From a virus (lineage: Duplodnaviria; Caudoviricetes), in IMG/VR virus record IMGVR_UViG_3300027770_000038, positions 1 through 64,000 of that record: a DNA stretch of 64,000 nucleotides. One strand, written 5' to 3'. This document shows, in pieces, positions 1-9,791 of this stretch; the stretch's first letter is position 1, and each line of letters begins with the position of its first letter. Position numbers and translations under genes: made by a program. Under the pieces are notes generated by a model, which saw nothing but the letters and a program-made list of their open reading frames with translations, ran no database searches and had not been told where the DNA came from.

Positions 1-149
1 TGGTGCAGAACCAAAAAGCGAGAAAAATTATCGAAAATTTCATCAGCCAAATTGAGAGTTGACAATGAACGTAGCCCTGCTTAGGGCCAACAGCCAGCAA
101 GGTCGCGCTTATAAGCCCCGCCAAGCCCACGGTCAAGAGGTTTTTTCTG

Positions 150-497
150 TTAATTTTGAGGTTCATAGAGGAGATAGCTTTCGGAACAAAGATCACAAAA
201 GATATGCCAAGCAGGAATCAAATGAATCCTGCCATCATCAGGAGCTTTAAACCAAGCATTATTAAAAATACTGCCAATTGCAGGGCTTCTTTCTTTGACG
301 CACCTATCTAATTCATCTTCATCAAGCAAAGTAAACATCAAAACAATATTTTTAATCTGGAGCCAGTAGCGATCTACAGTTGCCCAGTAACTTTCTTTTG
401 AATCAGGATAAATGTAATTACTAAAATCAATTTGAGCTTCAACTACCTTATGTTGAAAGTTCTCTTGATCTTGCGGGGCAACGCCAATGTAGCTCAT
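150..497 (-). CDS. hypothetical protein
   Basis: 115-aa ORF in tightly packed minus-strand gene run. Confidence 0.6.
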   Translation of the reverse strand: MSYIGVAPQDQENFQHKVVEAQIDFSNYIYPDSKESYWATVDRYWLQIKNIVLMFTLLDEDELDRCVKERSPAIGSIFNNAWFKAPDDGRIHLIPAWHIFCDLCSESYLLYEPQN

Positions 498-502
498 ATT
501 AT

Positions 503-757
503 TTATTCTACAACGCCATCATTAAAGTGACCAATATACAAAACACCAAAAGAACGCCCATTGAGATCATCATAAGCGAACATAAGATCAAACCCAAGCG
601 CATAATCTTTGCAGATCAACTCAATATATTTATAATGAGAAGGACTATATGCACTACCATCAATATTAAGGTTAGTATTCAAAAAACTTTGAAATTCAAT
701 AGCAGTTTTGGTTTTTCCTTTTTCAGGTTTTCCAATGACAATAACTTGCGTACTCAT
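503..757 (-). CDS. hypothetical protein, tandem paralog of 761-1039
   Basis: shares TQVxxIGK..KTKTAI.F..FLN, IELIC.DY.LG.DLMFAY and LYIG.FNDGVVE with the neighbouring ORF. Confidence 0.75.
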   Translation of the reverse strand: MSTQVIVIGKPEKGKTKTAIEFQSFLNTNLNIDGSAYSPSHYKYIELICKDYALGFDLMFAYDDLNGRSFGVLYIGHFNDGVVE

Positions 758-760
758 ATA

Positions 761-1039
761 TTATTCCACTACACCATCGTTAAAGTTACCAATATATAAC
801 CGCCCATCACTACGATCATTTGGATCGTTATAGGCAAACATCAAATCAGAACCAAGCATATAATCCCGGCAAATCAGTTCGATGAAATTGTATGAGTGTG
901 GATGGAAATATTCTTCACTTACGAGGTGTAATATCTTGTTGCTCTTTGGATCGACATCATTCAAAAAACACTTGAATTTAATAGCAGTTTTTGTTTTTTC
1001 GCTCTGCTGTTTGCCGATAATTGTAACTTGTGTATTCAT
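761..1039 (-). CDS. hypothetical protein, tandem paralog of 503-757
   Basis: same conserved blocks as 503-757. Confidence 0.75.
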   Translation of the reverse strand: MNTQVTIIGKQQSEKTKTAIKFKCFLNDVDPKSNKILHLVSEEYFHPHSYNFIELICRDYMLGSDLMFAYNDPNDRSDGRLYIGNFNDGVVE

Positions 1040-1042
1040 ATA

Positions 1043-1435
1043 TTAAATATACTTATAAAACTCTTCTGGTAAGATTACGTTTTCAAACACGCCAGTTTTT
1101 ATTATTTTAAATAAAGGAGCGATATCTTTCGGTTGATACAACGCCAGTCCGCAACCAATTTTTGTCAGTAAAAATTCATATTCTTGATGAGAGAATGCCA
1201 ACGCTAGGAAATCATGGACATGAACTTGAATTTTGTCAAGCGGCAAGGTCTGAATTTTTTTGTCTTTTGTGGGAATGCCGTAGGTTTGACCTACTAAGCC
1301 AGCCATACCATGCTTCGCGCCCCACTTCAAGGCTAATTTTGCGGCTCCTGCACCATGCCTAAATAATTCGTTGGCTCCATAAGTGAAGATTTGATTAGGT
1401 TCTAAATGAGTAATATTTTCTGGAGTGTATTTCAT
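1043..1435 (-). CDS. A1S_2505-family phage protein (macrodomain-like)
   Basis: TPENIT.L..NQIF.yGaN...RHGAGAA..A, G..GQTYGIPT and TKIGCGLA motifs. Confidence 0.8.
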   Translation of the reverse strand: MKYTPENITHLEPNQIFTYGANELFRHGAGAAKLALKWGAKHGMAGLVGQTYGIPTKDKKIQTLPLDKIQVHVHDFLALAFSHQEYEFLLTKIGCGLALYQPKDIAPLFKIIKTGVFENVILPEEFYKYI

Positions 1436-1453
1436 GTTGATATTATTATTCAG

Positions 1454-1717
1454 TTAATTCACGCTCTGAATAACAGTCGTAGTTTTACCATAGCCGCCGC
1501 TCTTCATTTCTTGAAAACCATCCACAGTAATATTCATGCCTTTATCGTTGTAAAACACATTGACTCCAGAACCGCTTATAGAAAAACCTTTCCAGTTCTC
1601 CTTTGGCCCATCACCAACAGGAACAAAATCAAATGATCCTCTGTAAGATGCCATCCAATATAGGTCTTTTGTTAGATAGCTATCGCTATCGTAATCGTAG
1701 TATGTTACTTTGTACAT
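1454..1717 (-). CDS. hypothetical protein
   Basis: 87-aa ORF in minus-strand run. Confidence 0.55.
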   Translation of the reverse strand: MYKVTYYDYDSDSYLTKDLYWMASYRGSFDFVPVGDGPKENWKGFSISGSGVNVFYNDKGMNITVDGFQEMKSGGYGKTTTVIQSVN

Positions 1718-1898
1718 ATTTATTTTTTACTTTCACGAATCTCAGGCAAGCTCTTCAAGATTCGATTAGCAAATTCTTCTAACTCATTACTGTCCTTGAA
1801 TTTAATAATAGTATCGTCTCCAATAAAAACCAACAATGATTCTTCGTAAGGATCTCCATCGGAATCGTAAAGACCATGATAAAATGCGTATTCCATAT

Positions 1899-2195
1899 TT
1901 AAAAACTCTTTGTATAATCAATACCATCGCCGGATTCATTTGAGAGTTGTCTTTTAATATTTTCTAATTCGCAGATGAGAGTTCTGAATGCTCTGTGTTC
2001 TTCTGCTAAAGAAATAGCAACAGTAAGCGCGGAATTGTAACCCATTTTATGACCAGCTAGATATGCATTCCGCGAAGATACATCATGCAAGACCCAGTTG
2101 TCAATACCTTGTTTTTTAAAATAATTTCCAAGCAGGATGGCAGCGTCCTTGACTTCTTGAGGGATTTCTGCCCACAAATTAGGATCTGGAGTCAT
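1899..2195 (-). CDS. hypothetical protein
   Basis: 98-aa ORF in minus-strand run. Confidence 0.55.
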   Translation of the reverse strand: MTPDPNLWAEIPQEVKDAAILLGNYFKKQGIDNWVLHDVSSRNAYLAGHKMGYNSALTVAISLAEEHRAFRTLICELENIKRQLSNESGDGIDYTKSF

Positions 2196-2743
2196 AATTA
2201 AATAAAATCAACTTCACCTTATTCACTTTAATCCCACATCTTTTTGCAATCTTATGTAGCGGCATATTATGCTCAAGTCTAAGATGCAATACGTTCATTA
2301 TTATAATTAAGTCTTGCGCTTTTTTACCTTCATTATAAGCACTGCTATCTTGAGAATAAAGATTATACAGTTGGGCTTCGTTCATTCTTCTTTGTTCATT
2401 TCTTTCAATTTCTTAGCCAAATCAAACAAATAATCAATCTCAATAAAATTACCACTAGCGACACAATGTTCACTGAATGTTTTTTTGTCAAGTATATAGC
2501 ACAAGGCTTTAATGTTGTGGCTTAAAGTTACAATTTTTAATTTATTTTCGTCTGTCATTTTCATATTAATCTTTCTTCTCCATCTTCTTCACTTCTGTAT
2601 CAGTAAAAAAACAACTATCTCCTTTATCATCTACAAAAAACTCAAACTCGCAACCTTTAACTATGCGTCGAGTTCCAGTGTATGTTACTTCATATTTTCT
2701 GCCAACGATGTCAGTGTGGATAAATTTATCGCCTTTTTTCATA

Positions 2744-2983
2744 TTATTCTTCTACTTTCTCATAAGTGGCTTCAAAGATATCTGGTTTGCAAGGATAGTG
2801 TTCTCCTTTGATTCCTGTGATGATAAAGTCACCGGGAGTAACTACATGACCTCCTTCTAGCGTTGAGATCCATCCAAGTACAATGTCTTCTGATCCAGAA
2901 AACTCCACCTCTACTTTGGGATGATCTCCATGTTTGAACCATTGCGTTGCTTCGATAACTATGGGTTTTTTTCTGTATTTCAT
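2744..2983 (-). CDS. conserved phage protein (KYRKKP..IEA.QW / PGDF.I.G..GE.YPCKPDIF family)
   Basis: recognisable phage motif set; start reassigned to MKYRKKP at 2983. Confidence 0.75.
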   Translation of the reverse strand: MKYRKKPIVIEATQWFKHGDHPKVEVEFSGSEDIVLGWISTLEGGHVVTPGDFIITGIKGEHYPCKPDIFEATYEKVEE

Positions 2984-2987
2984 ATTA

Positions 2988-3335
2988 TTAGGACCATCTT
3001 TTATGCTCTTCATGAACTTCTTCTATGCCGTCATAATCGTGAATATACCATTTAATATCATCAGGCACTTCAACAACCTTCAATTTAGAATAATGTCCAT
3101 CCGCTAAATCACCAAGCTGTTCGACAACTTCAACGAGGATTGGATCATTTCTTTCAATCTCCCACTCACCGAATCCATTTTCTTCTTTTACTTCATTTAA
3201 ATAATAATGAGTAATGGTTTTAACTTTTTCATCTTGTTGGGCTATGATGTTAAGCCCTCTTTTATCACCATATAATAGAACAGCTTCTTCACTAAGGCCA
3301 AAGCCGCCGTATTTTTTATTAATTACTATTTTCAT
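2988..3335 (-). CDS. conserved phage protein (KIVIN..YGGFGLS family)
   Basis: KIVINKKYGGFGLS, RNDP.LVEVVE.LG, YDGIE motifs; start reassigned to 3335. Confidence 0.75.
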   Translation of the reverse strand: MKIVINKKYGGFGLSEEAVLLYGDKRGLNIIAQQDEKVKTITHYYLNEVKEENGFGEWEIERNDPILVEVVEQLGDLADGHYSKLKVVEVPDDIKWYIHDYDGIEEVHEEHKRWS

Positions 3336-3843
3336 TTTTCTTTGAGGGCTGTTTGGTTTGCTTGCGACTTCCGGTGATTTCGTAGACTCCCCAGTCAATC
3401 TTATTTATTCCAAAGATGTAATCTTCAGGGATAGTCAGATAATGAACTTCAATGAAGTGCTTGATTGCTCTCTTAGCGTTGTTGTCTGAGTGATAATGCT
3501 TGCCGACAATCGGCGGGGCAAAGTTAGTGGGGCTTTCGCTCTTTTTCAAGCCTTTTTTCTTCGCCATTTTCGCCGCTTCCTTGGCGAGTTTTTCTTCTTT
3601 GATCTGTCTAGCGAGATGATTCTTAAGGGCAATGCCGCGAAGAGGCTTGACAGGTTGAGGTTTATTTTCGTTCTTCTTTAAAGGATTTCCAATGAAATCA
3701 GTTTCATTTGCAAAACCTCTACGTTTTTCCCATGCTTTGAACTTTTCGTTTATCATCGTGAAAGTTCCTTGCGGGATATCTGTTCCGCCAACATCCCACC
3801 ATGCGAAACTCTGTTTGATACTTCCTTTGTATTGATCGTTCAT
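3319..3843 (-). CDS. hypothetical basic protein
   Basis: 174-aa Lys-rich ORF. Confidence 0.6.
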   Translation of the reverse strand: MNDQYKGSIKQSFAWWDVGGTDIPQGTFTMINEKFKAWEKRRGFANETDFIGNPLKKNENKPQPVKPLRGIALKNHLARQIKEEKLAKEAAKMAKKKGLKKSESPTNFAPPIVGKHYHSDNNAKRAIKHFIEVHYLTIPEDYIFGINKIDWGVYEITGSRKQTKQPSKKNENSN

Positions 3844-3857
3844 TTTAGTAAGTATTT

Positions 3858-4076
3858 TTAGTAATTAAGTGTTTTGTTTTCTTGTGCGTCGTTGTAATTG
3901 TAAACTACACCGTCTCTGGTGCTGGTAATTTTTGCAGAAATTAAATCTTTTTGAATAGACTCTATTAGATCCATCGCTTCGGTGAAGCCCTCTCTATTGT
4001 GAGGAAACTGAAGGATACGAACGCTGGCATGAGTGTCAAGTTCCAATTCATAGCTCAAAAATATTTCATTCATCAC
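3858..4076 (-). CDS. hypothetical protein
   Basis: 72-aa ORF in minus-strand run. Confidence 0.5.
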   Translation of the reverse strand: MMNEIFLSYELELDTHASVRILQFPHNREGFTEAMDLIESIQKDLISAKITSTRDGVVYNYNDAQENKTLNY

Positions 4077-4233
4077 AAAAACAATTTACAATTAATAAAA
4101 CCGCAAGCATCCCAATCGCCACAACAGGCGGCGCAATGTCTACCCCCAACTTAAAGTGGAGAACGTAGGAGGTCAAGCAGGAAAAAAGAAAAGTTCCTAC
4201 GATCCAAAATAAAAGCCTTGACTCTTTCATGGG

Positions 4234-4455
4234 TTAGGGCATGATTCTGTACTTTTTCAGTTTTTTCTCGTACTCTTCGATCTGAGATTTTAGTTTTTTA
4301 ATGGTCTTCTCAGATTGCTCTGCATGGTCGCAGACGAAATAAAGGTCAGCAGTTAATTGCGCTGGCACGATTTCTGCTTCTTCCATTGTCTGGTCATTCT
4401 TGCCGGTGCGCCAATCATTGAAATTACGCAACCTAATTATTACATTTTTAATCAT
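4234..4455 (-). CDS. hypothetical protein
   Basis: 73-aa ORF with C-terminal coiled coil. Confidence 0.55.
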   Translation of the reverse strand: MIKNVIIRLRNFNDWRTGKNDQTMEEAEIVPAQLTADLYFVCDHAEQSEKTIKKLKSQIEEYEKKLKKYRIMP

Positions 4456-4530
4456 AATAAGTATGGGCAGAAAAGAGCCACATACGAAACACTATCGAAC
4501 TTAATGCTTTATATGTGACTCATTAAAATC

Positions 4531-5865
4531 TTACTTGACTTTTGGCTCTCTGTCTGAAACGCTGTGCGTTTTCCGCTTCTTTACCGGCTGCTCATAAGAA
4601 GACCTGTAGAGGCCACCTTGTGCGTCTTTCCAAGCTTGAAAGTCCGCGAAGAATTGCAAGGTTTGCGACATCTGTAAAGAAAAATCTGTAGAATGATAAA
4701 CTACACCGCCAGAAGGCTTGTCAAATGGCTCGCCGCACTTCAAGTTCTCAAACCAGCGCATCCAGCCATCACTGCCGGGAGGATACTTTTTGCTTGTTTC
4801 TGAATCAAAAAGAGGACTCAAAGGAGACCCTTGAGGATACTCAGCAGTAGCATGGCAACTATAGCATGAACTCATTGCATTGTCAAGGGGTCCATTTAGT
4901 CTGCCGTTCCAGCCTAGGTGAGTAGGCGGAAGCTCTTTGGGATCTGGATTGATAATTGTTTCTTTGAGATTAGTATTAATCATGGTTACAGTTGGGTGGG
5001 GATTGGCCTGATTGATGTTGTTAGTAGGATCTTGACCCCACATCACACCAACAGGAATCAAATTATTCCACTTGTCTGCATTATTAAGTTGACCATTGTA
5101 TTGAAAATTGCCAAGCACCCAACCAGAGGCAGAATTAGTATCTCTTACCATCACATCCATTTGAGTCAAAACGACCTGAATCTTTGACCTTGACAATGGC
5201 GCATCATTGAAAACGTAATTGCCGTAAGCATCCCACCAGATGCCATTAGTTAGGAAAGGCACTTGAGACTCAGCGACCTCCTTGGGAAAAGAAGTGAACA
5301 ACAATTTAAATAAAACCGCACCATGCTTAAATCCGCCATTCATCTTATTAACGTCAGGATTCTCATGGTCTTGCCATACTTGACCAATCGTATAGCCAGC
5401 TATATTATTATAAAACCCAACCGCCCAAGCACCAGCGGTAGAATAACTTTGATTGGGGCCAAACTGATTAATTCCAACTGGAGCTTCTCTTGTTAGGCCG
5501 TGATAACCTTCTCTACCGTTAGCAGAATAATGTTGAAATGGCATATGATACCAATTACGGGTTTTATTATTCTCTACTCGGAAATCAACTCCAGTATTGC
5601 CCTCGTAGCAATAAGATCGGATAGAAAGAAGGTACTTGCGCCAATCTTTCTTATAATCAATACTATAAAACTCTGGCAGTTTATTCTTAGGAAGAGTCTT
5701 GGGGTAACTCTGACTTAGCTTAAAGACTTCACTAGCGTTAGTAACTTCGCTAGGAGGAGCCATGTATCCAAAGTCTGGAAATGGCTTTTGCTTTTTTGGC
5801 TTGATTGAGAAGGCTAGACAGAATACAGCAATTAGGCTGACGATGATTAGTATTGGTTTCTTCAT
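4531..5865 (-). CDS. exported protein with a single c-type heme motif (CxxCH)
   Basis: signal-like N-terminus MKKPILIIVSLIAVFCLAFS (ATG at 5865 overlaps the thyX TGA); SSCYSCHATA near the C-terminus. Confidence 0.7.
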   Translation of the reverse strand: MKKPILIIVSLIAVFCLAFSIKPKKQKPFPDFGYMAPPSEVTNASEVFKLSQSYPKTLPKNKLPEFYSIDYKKDWRKYLLSIRSYCYEGNTGVDFRVENNKTRNWYHMPFQHYSANGREGYHGLTREAPVGINQFGPNQSYSTAGAWAVGFYNNIAGYTIGQVWQDHENPDVNKMNGGFKHGAVLFKLLFTSFPKEVAESQVPFLTNGIWWDAYGNYVFNDAPLSRSKIQVVLTQMDVMVRDTNSASGWVLGNFQYNGQLNNADKWNNLIPVGVMWGQDPTNNINQANPHPTVTMINTNLKETIINPDPKELPPTHLGWNGRLNGPLDNAMSSCYSCHATAEYPQGSPLSPLFDSETSKKYPPGSDGWMRWFENLKCGEPFDKPSGGVVYHSTDFSLQMSQTLQFFADFQAWKDAQGGLYRSSYEQPVKKRKTHSVSDREPKVK

Positions 5866-6494
5866 AATTCGAATGCGGAGATAGTATGCTCGAAAGGGTT
5901 GCCTTCGATACACTTAACTAATCTTAACATTTCAGCAGCAATTTCTCTAATTTCTTTTTGTGCATCAGGCTTGTTACGCAAGTTCAAGAAATGATAAAAA
6001 GACCGCCAATTAAACATCACATCGGCTTGAATTTGAGAGTTATAAGTCTTAAAGAAACGAGCAGATTCTTTCACTCGCTTTCTGTCAAAACCTCGCTCGC
6101 ACAAATTCTTAATGCACTGATGGTAAAGCCTATTGCCTTCTTCTGTGTAATTAGCGAGAGCAAGCTGCCAATCTTCAGGCCAATCGCTAGGAATTAAATA
6201 CTTATCTTCTTTTATTTCCTTGTAACGAGCAGACTCGCCGTTAATAGAAACGGCCACCCTATGTTTTAATTTATGAATGTGACTAGCTATATCAGAATCA
6301 ACTAAAAAGTGAAGAGAAGATTTCTCAAAAGGAGTGTGATGCCCCGCATCAGCAAGCATCTTAAGGAGTTTAGGAATTCTATTAATTTTATCTTCAGTCA
6401 AGTCTCTGCTTGTCGATGTCCAAGCTGAACAAGCAATAAGCTCGTCGTTTCCGTAATGTCCAATTAGTTCTACTGTATTTCTATTGTTGTTCAT
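5862..6494 (-). CDS. thyX: FAD-dependent thymidylate synthase
   Basis: GHHTPFE, KHRVAVSINGESARY (RHR..S....S.RY-type motif), N.RS..HFL.LR....AQ.EIR. Confidence 0.93.
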   Translation of the reverse strand: MNNNRNTVELIGHYGNDELIACSAWTSTSRDLTEDKINRIPKLLKMLADAGHHTPFEKSSLHFLVDSDIASHIHKLKHRVAVSINGESARYKEIKEDKYLIPSDWPEDWQLALANYTEEGNRLYHQCIKNLCERGFDRKRVKESARFFKTYNSQIQADVMFNWRSFYHFLNLRNKPDAQKEIREIAAEMLRLVKCIEGNPFEHTISAFEL

Positions 6495-7062
6495 GTAATT
6501 CGTATGTCTTTGTAATGTTATTGAATAAAATTTTTCCTTCTTTTACTAAAAAATAAGCGATATTTTCTAGTGACTGATGTATTTTTGAATGTTCTTTTTC
6601 GTCGCTGTATAAAAATAAATTTTCTAGTTTATTATTTAGTTTATCGCCATCAATATGATGAACGCCTTCTCCTTTGCCATTTTTTGTTCTATTTAGTTTC
6701 CTGCCAATATTTTTCTCTACTACTAAAATATGTTCTGGTCTATACATTTCCCATCCATTTGAAATTTCTAAATAATCTTTATTTTTAATATATTTATAGC
6801 CTCTAGTAGAAATATACTCGCATTTTTCTTTTCTATTATCGAAACGAGGCTTGTACGGATGTTTTTTTCCTTTCTTATGATTATTGCCAAACTGTTTTCT
6901 GAATTTTTCTCTATTTAAATTGAATTTACGTTTTCCTCTTAGCTGAATTGCATCCCATGTCCTATTTGGCAAAAGCTCCAGCAAAACCTTTTTTTCCATT
7001 GTCTCATAATGGTTTTTTACGATTGAATCTTCACTATCTGTCCATGCTTTATTTATGTTCAC
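6481..7062 (-). CDS. HNH homing endonuclease with N-terminal Myb/HTH-like segment
   Basis: EH.LV.E..IGRKL...E.VHHIDGDKLNN..ENL; N-terminal WTDSED..V...Y. Confidence 0.85.
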   Translation of the reverse strand: MNINKAWTDSEDSIVKNHYETMEKKVLLELLPNRTWDAIQLRGKRKFNLNREKFRKQFGNNHKKGKKHPYKPRFDNRKEKCEYISTRGYKYIKNKDYLEISNGWEMYRPEHILVVEKNIGRKLNRTKNGKGEGVHHIDGDKLNNKLENLFLYSDEKEHSKIHQSLENIAYFLVKEGKILFNNITKTYELHEQQ

Positions 7063-7144
7063 TATTTATTATATGGTACAGATCTAGCTTATTCAAAAAT
7101 AAAACATTATATTACTACCATAATAGCCTAGCAACTGAACTTTG

Positions 7145-7348
7145 TTATCGTTCTTGTCGTTGATCGTGTTTAAGAGTTTTTCTAATTTCTGCGTGAATTT
7201 TTTTGTTAATTTTGCAATTGCAACTATCCATCTTAGAATTACCGGGGCCAATTAATAGCCCGTCCCAATCGTAACAAAAATGCCAACCCTGACTAATTTC
7301 TTCAGGGCTTAATTGATTGAAACTAAGTTCTGCTTCCTCAATACTCAT
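7145..7348 (-). CDS. hypothetical protein
   Basis: 67-aa ORF, GWHFC.DWDGLLIGP. Confidence 0.55.
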   Translation of the reverse strand: MSIEEAELSFNQLSPEEISQGWHFCYDWDGLLIGPGNSKMDSCNCKINKKIHAEIRKTLKHDQRQER

Positions 7349-7354
7349 ATCATA

Positions 7355-7933
7355 TCAATCTTCTTGCTCTTCAGCAAATTTTTGTTCAAGATGGTACACA
7401 AATTCTGGGCCATTATATCCATATCCAGTGTCACCAAAATCATTATAATCATCAGGGAATTCGCCATCATAGATTAAATCTTCAAGATATTTGTTTCCTT
7501 TTTGATCAACACCGTATTGAATTTTTAATTTGTTTGGGTCAAACTCAGTGAAATCGTTCCAGAAATAGACATAATTAAATTTCATGTCGTGCGACCACCA
7601 GATATTTACTTCGCCTAATTTGTCTGGAGCATCCGGTACATAATTAGATCCGCCGCCTTTTTCAAATTCAAAATCTTCCCAATTAGAAGTCACAAAAACA
7701 GGCTTCTCATCATTAGAGATGTTGTCATCGCCTCCTAAGTAAACATCAATAGAATCTCTCTTGTCATTGTCAAAATAAGGGCAAGTCTCATAAACGTCGC
7801 CGCCCCAATAACAATCATCGCTTTCTTTGAAAGCTTCTTCGAATTGTTCTTGTGTTTGATCGGGAGTAGGGCCGGGAATGGTGTCTTGACTATATTCCAT
7901 AGTCCCACGCATCCAGATTTGAATCTTTAACAT
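7355..7933 (-). CDS. hypothetical very acidic protein
   Basis: 192-aa ORF rich in D/E and aromatics. Confidence 0.65.
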   Translation of the reverse strand: MLKIQIWMRGTMEYSQDTIPGPTPDQTQEQFEEAFKESDDCYWGGDVYETCPYFDNDKRDSIDVYLGGDDNISNDEKPVFVTSNWEDFEFEKGGGSNYVPDAPDKLGEVNIWWSHDMKFNYVYFWNDFTEFDPNKLKIQYGVDQKGNKYLEDLIYDGEFPDDYNDFGDTGYGYNGPEFVYHLEQKFAEEQED

Positions 7934-7936
7934 AAA

Positions 7937-8161
7937 TTAAGAAGTTTTCCAGTTAGAATTAGTACCGTCAGAACAATTAATAGTATAAGTGCAATAAGGA
8001 CTAGGGTTGCCCCAAGGATAAGGTACAGTATACGGTTGATTATTGTAACCTAAAATGCCTTTAAGTTGAGAATAAAGGTCACTTGCTTCTTCCATTGATA
8101 AGGCAATTTCTTGATCTTTTATTTTTAAGTTAACAGAGACAGTGGCAGATGGAGAACTCAT
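7937..8161 (-). CDS. hypothetical protein
   Basis: 74-aa ORF. Confidence 0.5.
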   Translation of the reverse strand: MSSPSATVSVNLKIKDQEIALSMEEASDLYSQLKGILGYNNQPYTVPYPWGNPSPYCTYTINCSDGTNSNWKTS

Positions 8162-8202
8162 GCTGTATTTTATCTCTTAATCCTATAAATCAAAGAAAAT
8201 AT

Positions 8203-8700
8203 TTATCTCTTTAGCTTAAAAGGCTTTAAATGTTTAATTTCTAAATTAAAACAATCAGCTTTAAATCTAAATCCGCAGTTTGAAGATGGGTCCAGTTCCC
8301 CTTCTTTGTAAAACTTGGCTTTATCATAAAAGTCTTCTCTCTTTATGCCTCCCAAAATCCAGCATTTACTAAAATCTTTTAGTATCCTAACAAAACCATA
8401 TACCTCGCAGTCTTGTGAAGTGTTGTAATTCGCCACAGAGCAGTAGTAACTAGGGTCTGGCTTGCTTGTGCATTGCTTTGTTTTGACATCTACAGTCCTG
8501 CCATTCCTTACCAAATCGTAATCATAAGTATTAGCCCTATCTGCATTGATATAATCAGCGACGATTATCTCTCCAAGGATACCATGAGCATTACCTTTGC
8601 CTTCAAGGATAGAGTTGTTAAGGACTCCAATTTTCTTAGCTTCTTCTTTAGCAAAGACAAGCTGAGAAGGCGTTGGAATGATTTCTATGATATCAGTCAT
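8203..8700 (-). CDS. restriction-endonuclease-fold (PD-(D/E)XK) phage protein
   Basis: G.LGE...ADY, YDYDL, VDVKTK catalytic-like pattern. Confidence 0.6.
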   Translation of the reverse strand: MTDIIEIIPTPSQLVFAKEEAKKIGVLNNSILEGKGNAHGILGEIIVADYINADRANTYDYDLVRNGRTVDVKTKQCTSKPDPSYYCSVANYNTSQDCEVYGFVRILKDFSKCWILGGIKREDFYDKAKFYKEGELDPSSNCGFRFKADCFNLEIKHLKPFKLKR

Positions 8701-8914
8701 GGATATCTATGTGTCGAGCGTTAAGTTCATCATACAAAATTGTATGAATGGTGTCAAGAGCTTCACTCACATTTTCGAAATCGTTACCGTGCTTGCGGTA
8801 GCTTCTTAATCTTTCAGCAAGATGACAAATCACTGCATACATATCAGCAGATTGGTTTGCTATTCTGTATTCTCTTTCCTCTTCAGGAAGATTGAATTCT
8901 AATGTTGCTTTCAT
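8693..8914 (-). CDS. conserved small phage protein (MKATLEFNLPEE family)
   Basis: characteristic N-terminus. Confidence 0.65.
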   Translation of the reverse strand: MKATLEFNLPEEEREYRIANQSADMYAVICHLAERLRSYRKHGNDFENVSEALDTIHTILYDELNARHIDIHD

Positions 8915-9465
8915 ATTCTAGAAAATTCTCCCATTAATTCTTTAGTTTTTGAATCTCTTTTAATCACAGCTTCTTCAATAGTGTCAAATAACCCAACAAA
9001 AATATCTTTACCATCTACTCGTATCGCGCAACGATATCTATTAGATTTTTTAATGAAAGAAATATTTTTATGTCCAGTGGCATTATTTCTTTGTCTTTTA
9101 CGATTAAACTGATTTTGAGACGCTGACGCAAGCCTTAAATTTCCCGCTGAATTATTTAATGTATTTCCATCTATGTGATCTATTTGTTTATCTAAAAAAT
9201 CAGTAGTATTATTGTGTATAGCGAATATAATTCTATGGACTGGATATTTTATATTATTAAGAATCAATCGAAAATATTTTTGTAAAGAAAGATACCCACA
9301 AGATTTGTCAGCAAATTTTGTATGCCAAGTGCGCCAATTAGCTGAATTTTTAAAATGATTCAATGGCCTTTTAGAAACCCACCTAAGACCGCTGGTAGCT
9401 AAAGAATCTATAACAAAACATTCTTTTAAAAAATTTAAATCTGGAAGAGGGTTGATTGTTTTCAT
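8911..9465 (-). CDS. HNH endonuclease with C-terminal AP2-like DNA-binding domain
   Basis: HRII, IDHIDGNTLNN..GNLRLA...QNQFN, YRC.I.V.GK.I.VG.F.TIEEA...R. Confidence 0.88.
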   Translation of the reverse strand: MKTINPLPDLNFLKECFVIDSLATSGLRWVSKRPLNHFKNSANWRTWHTKFADKSCGYLSLQKYFRLILNNIKYPVHRIIFAIHNNTTDFLDKQIDHIDGNTLNNSAGNLRLASASQNQFNRKRQRNNATGHKNISFIKKSNRYRCAIRVDGKDIFVGLFDTIEEAVIKRDSKTKELMGEFSRI

Positions 9466-9526
9466 TTTTGTAAAGCTAATGTAAAAGATTTAACCATATT
9501 GACTCTCAGGTGTCATTATTATTGGT

Positions 9527-9790
9527 ATGAAATATTTATTACTCATTCTACTCGCGCTCACAGTTAACGCCCAAGATAAACCAGAGCATCCTCCCGGTCA
9601 AGGAGGAAATCGTCGCAAACCTCCAGAATTTAGCAAGGAAATTCATGAAGAAATGTTGAAAAAGTACGATCTCAATAAAGATGGTAAGCTCGACAGAGAA
9701 GAAAGGTCTAAAATTTCTTCAGAGGATAAGAAAAAGATAGGCCCACCTCGCAAAGGTCCAAAGGGGCCACCTCCTCACAAAAAAGACTGA
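9527..9790 (+). CDS. small secreted EF-hand protein
   Basis: signal peptide MKYLLLILLALTVNA; EF-hand loop DLNKDGKLDREE; G/P/K-rich tails. Confidence 0.75.
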   Translation: MKYLLLILLALTVNAQDKPEHPPGQGGNRRKPPEFSKEIHEEMLKKYDLNKDGKLDREERSKISSEDKKKIGPPRKGPKGPPPHKKD

Positions 9791-9791
9791 C

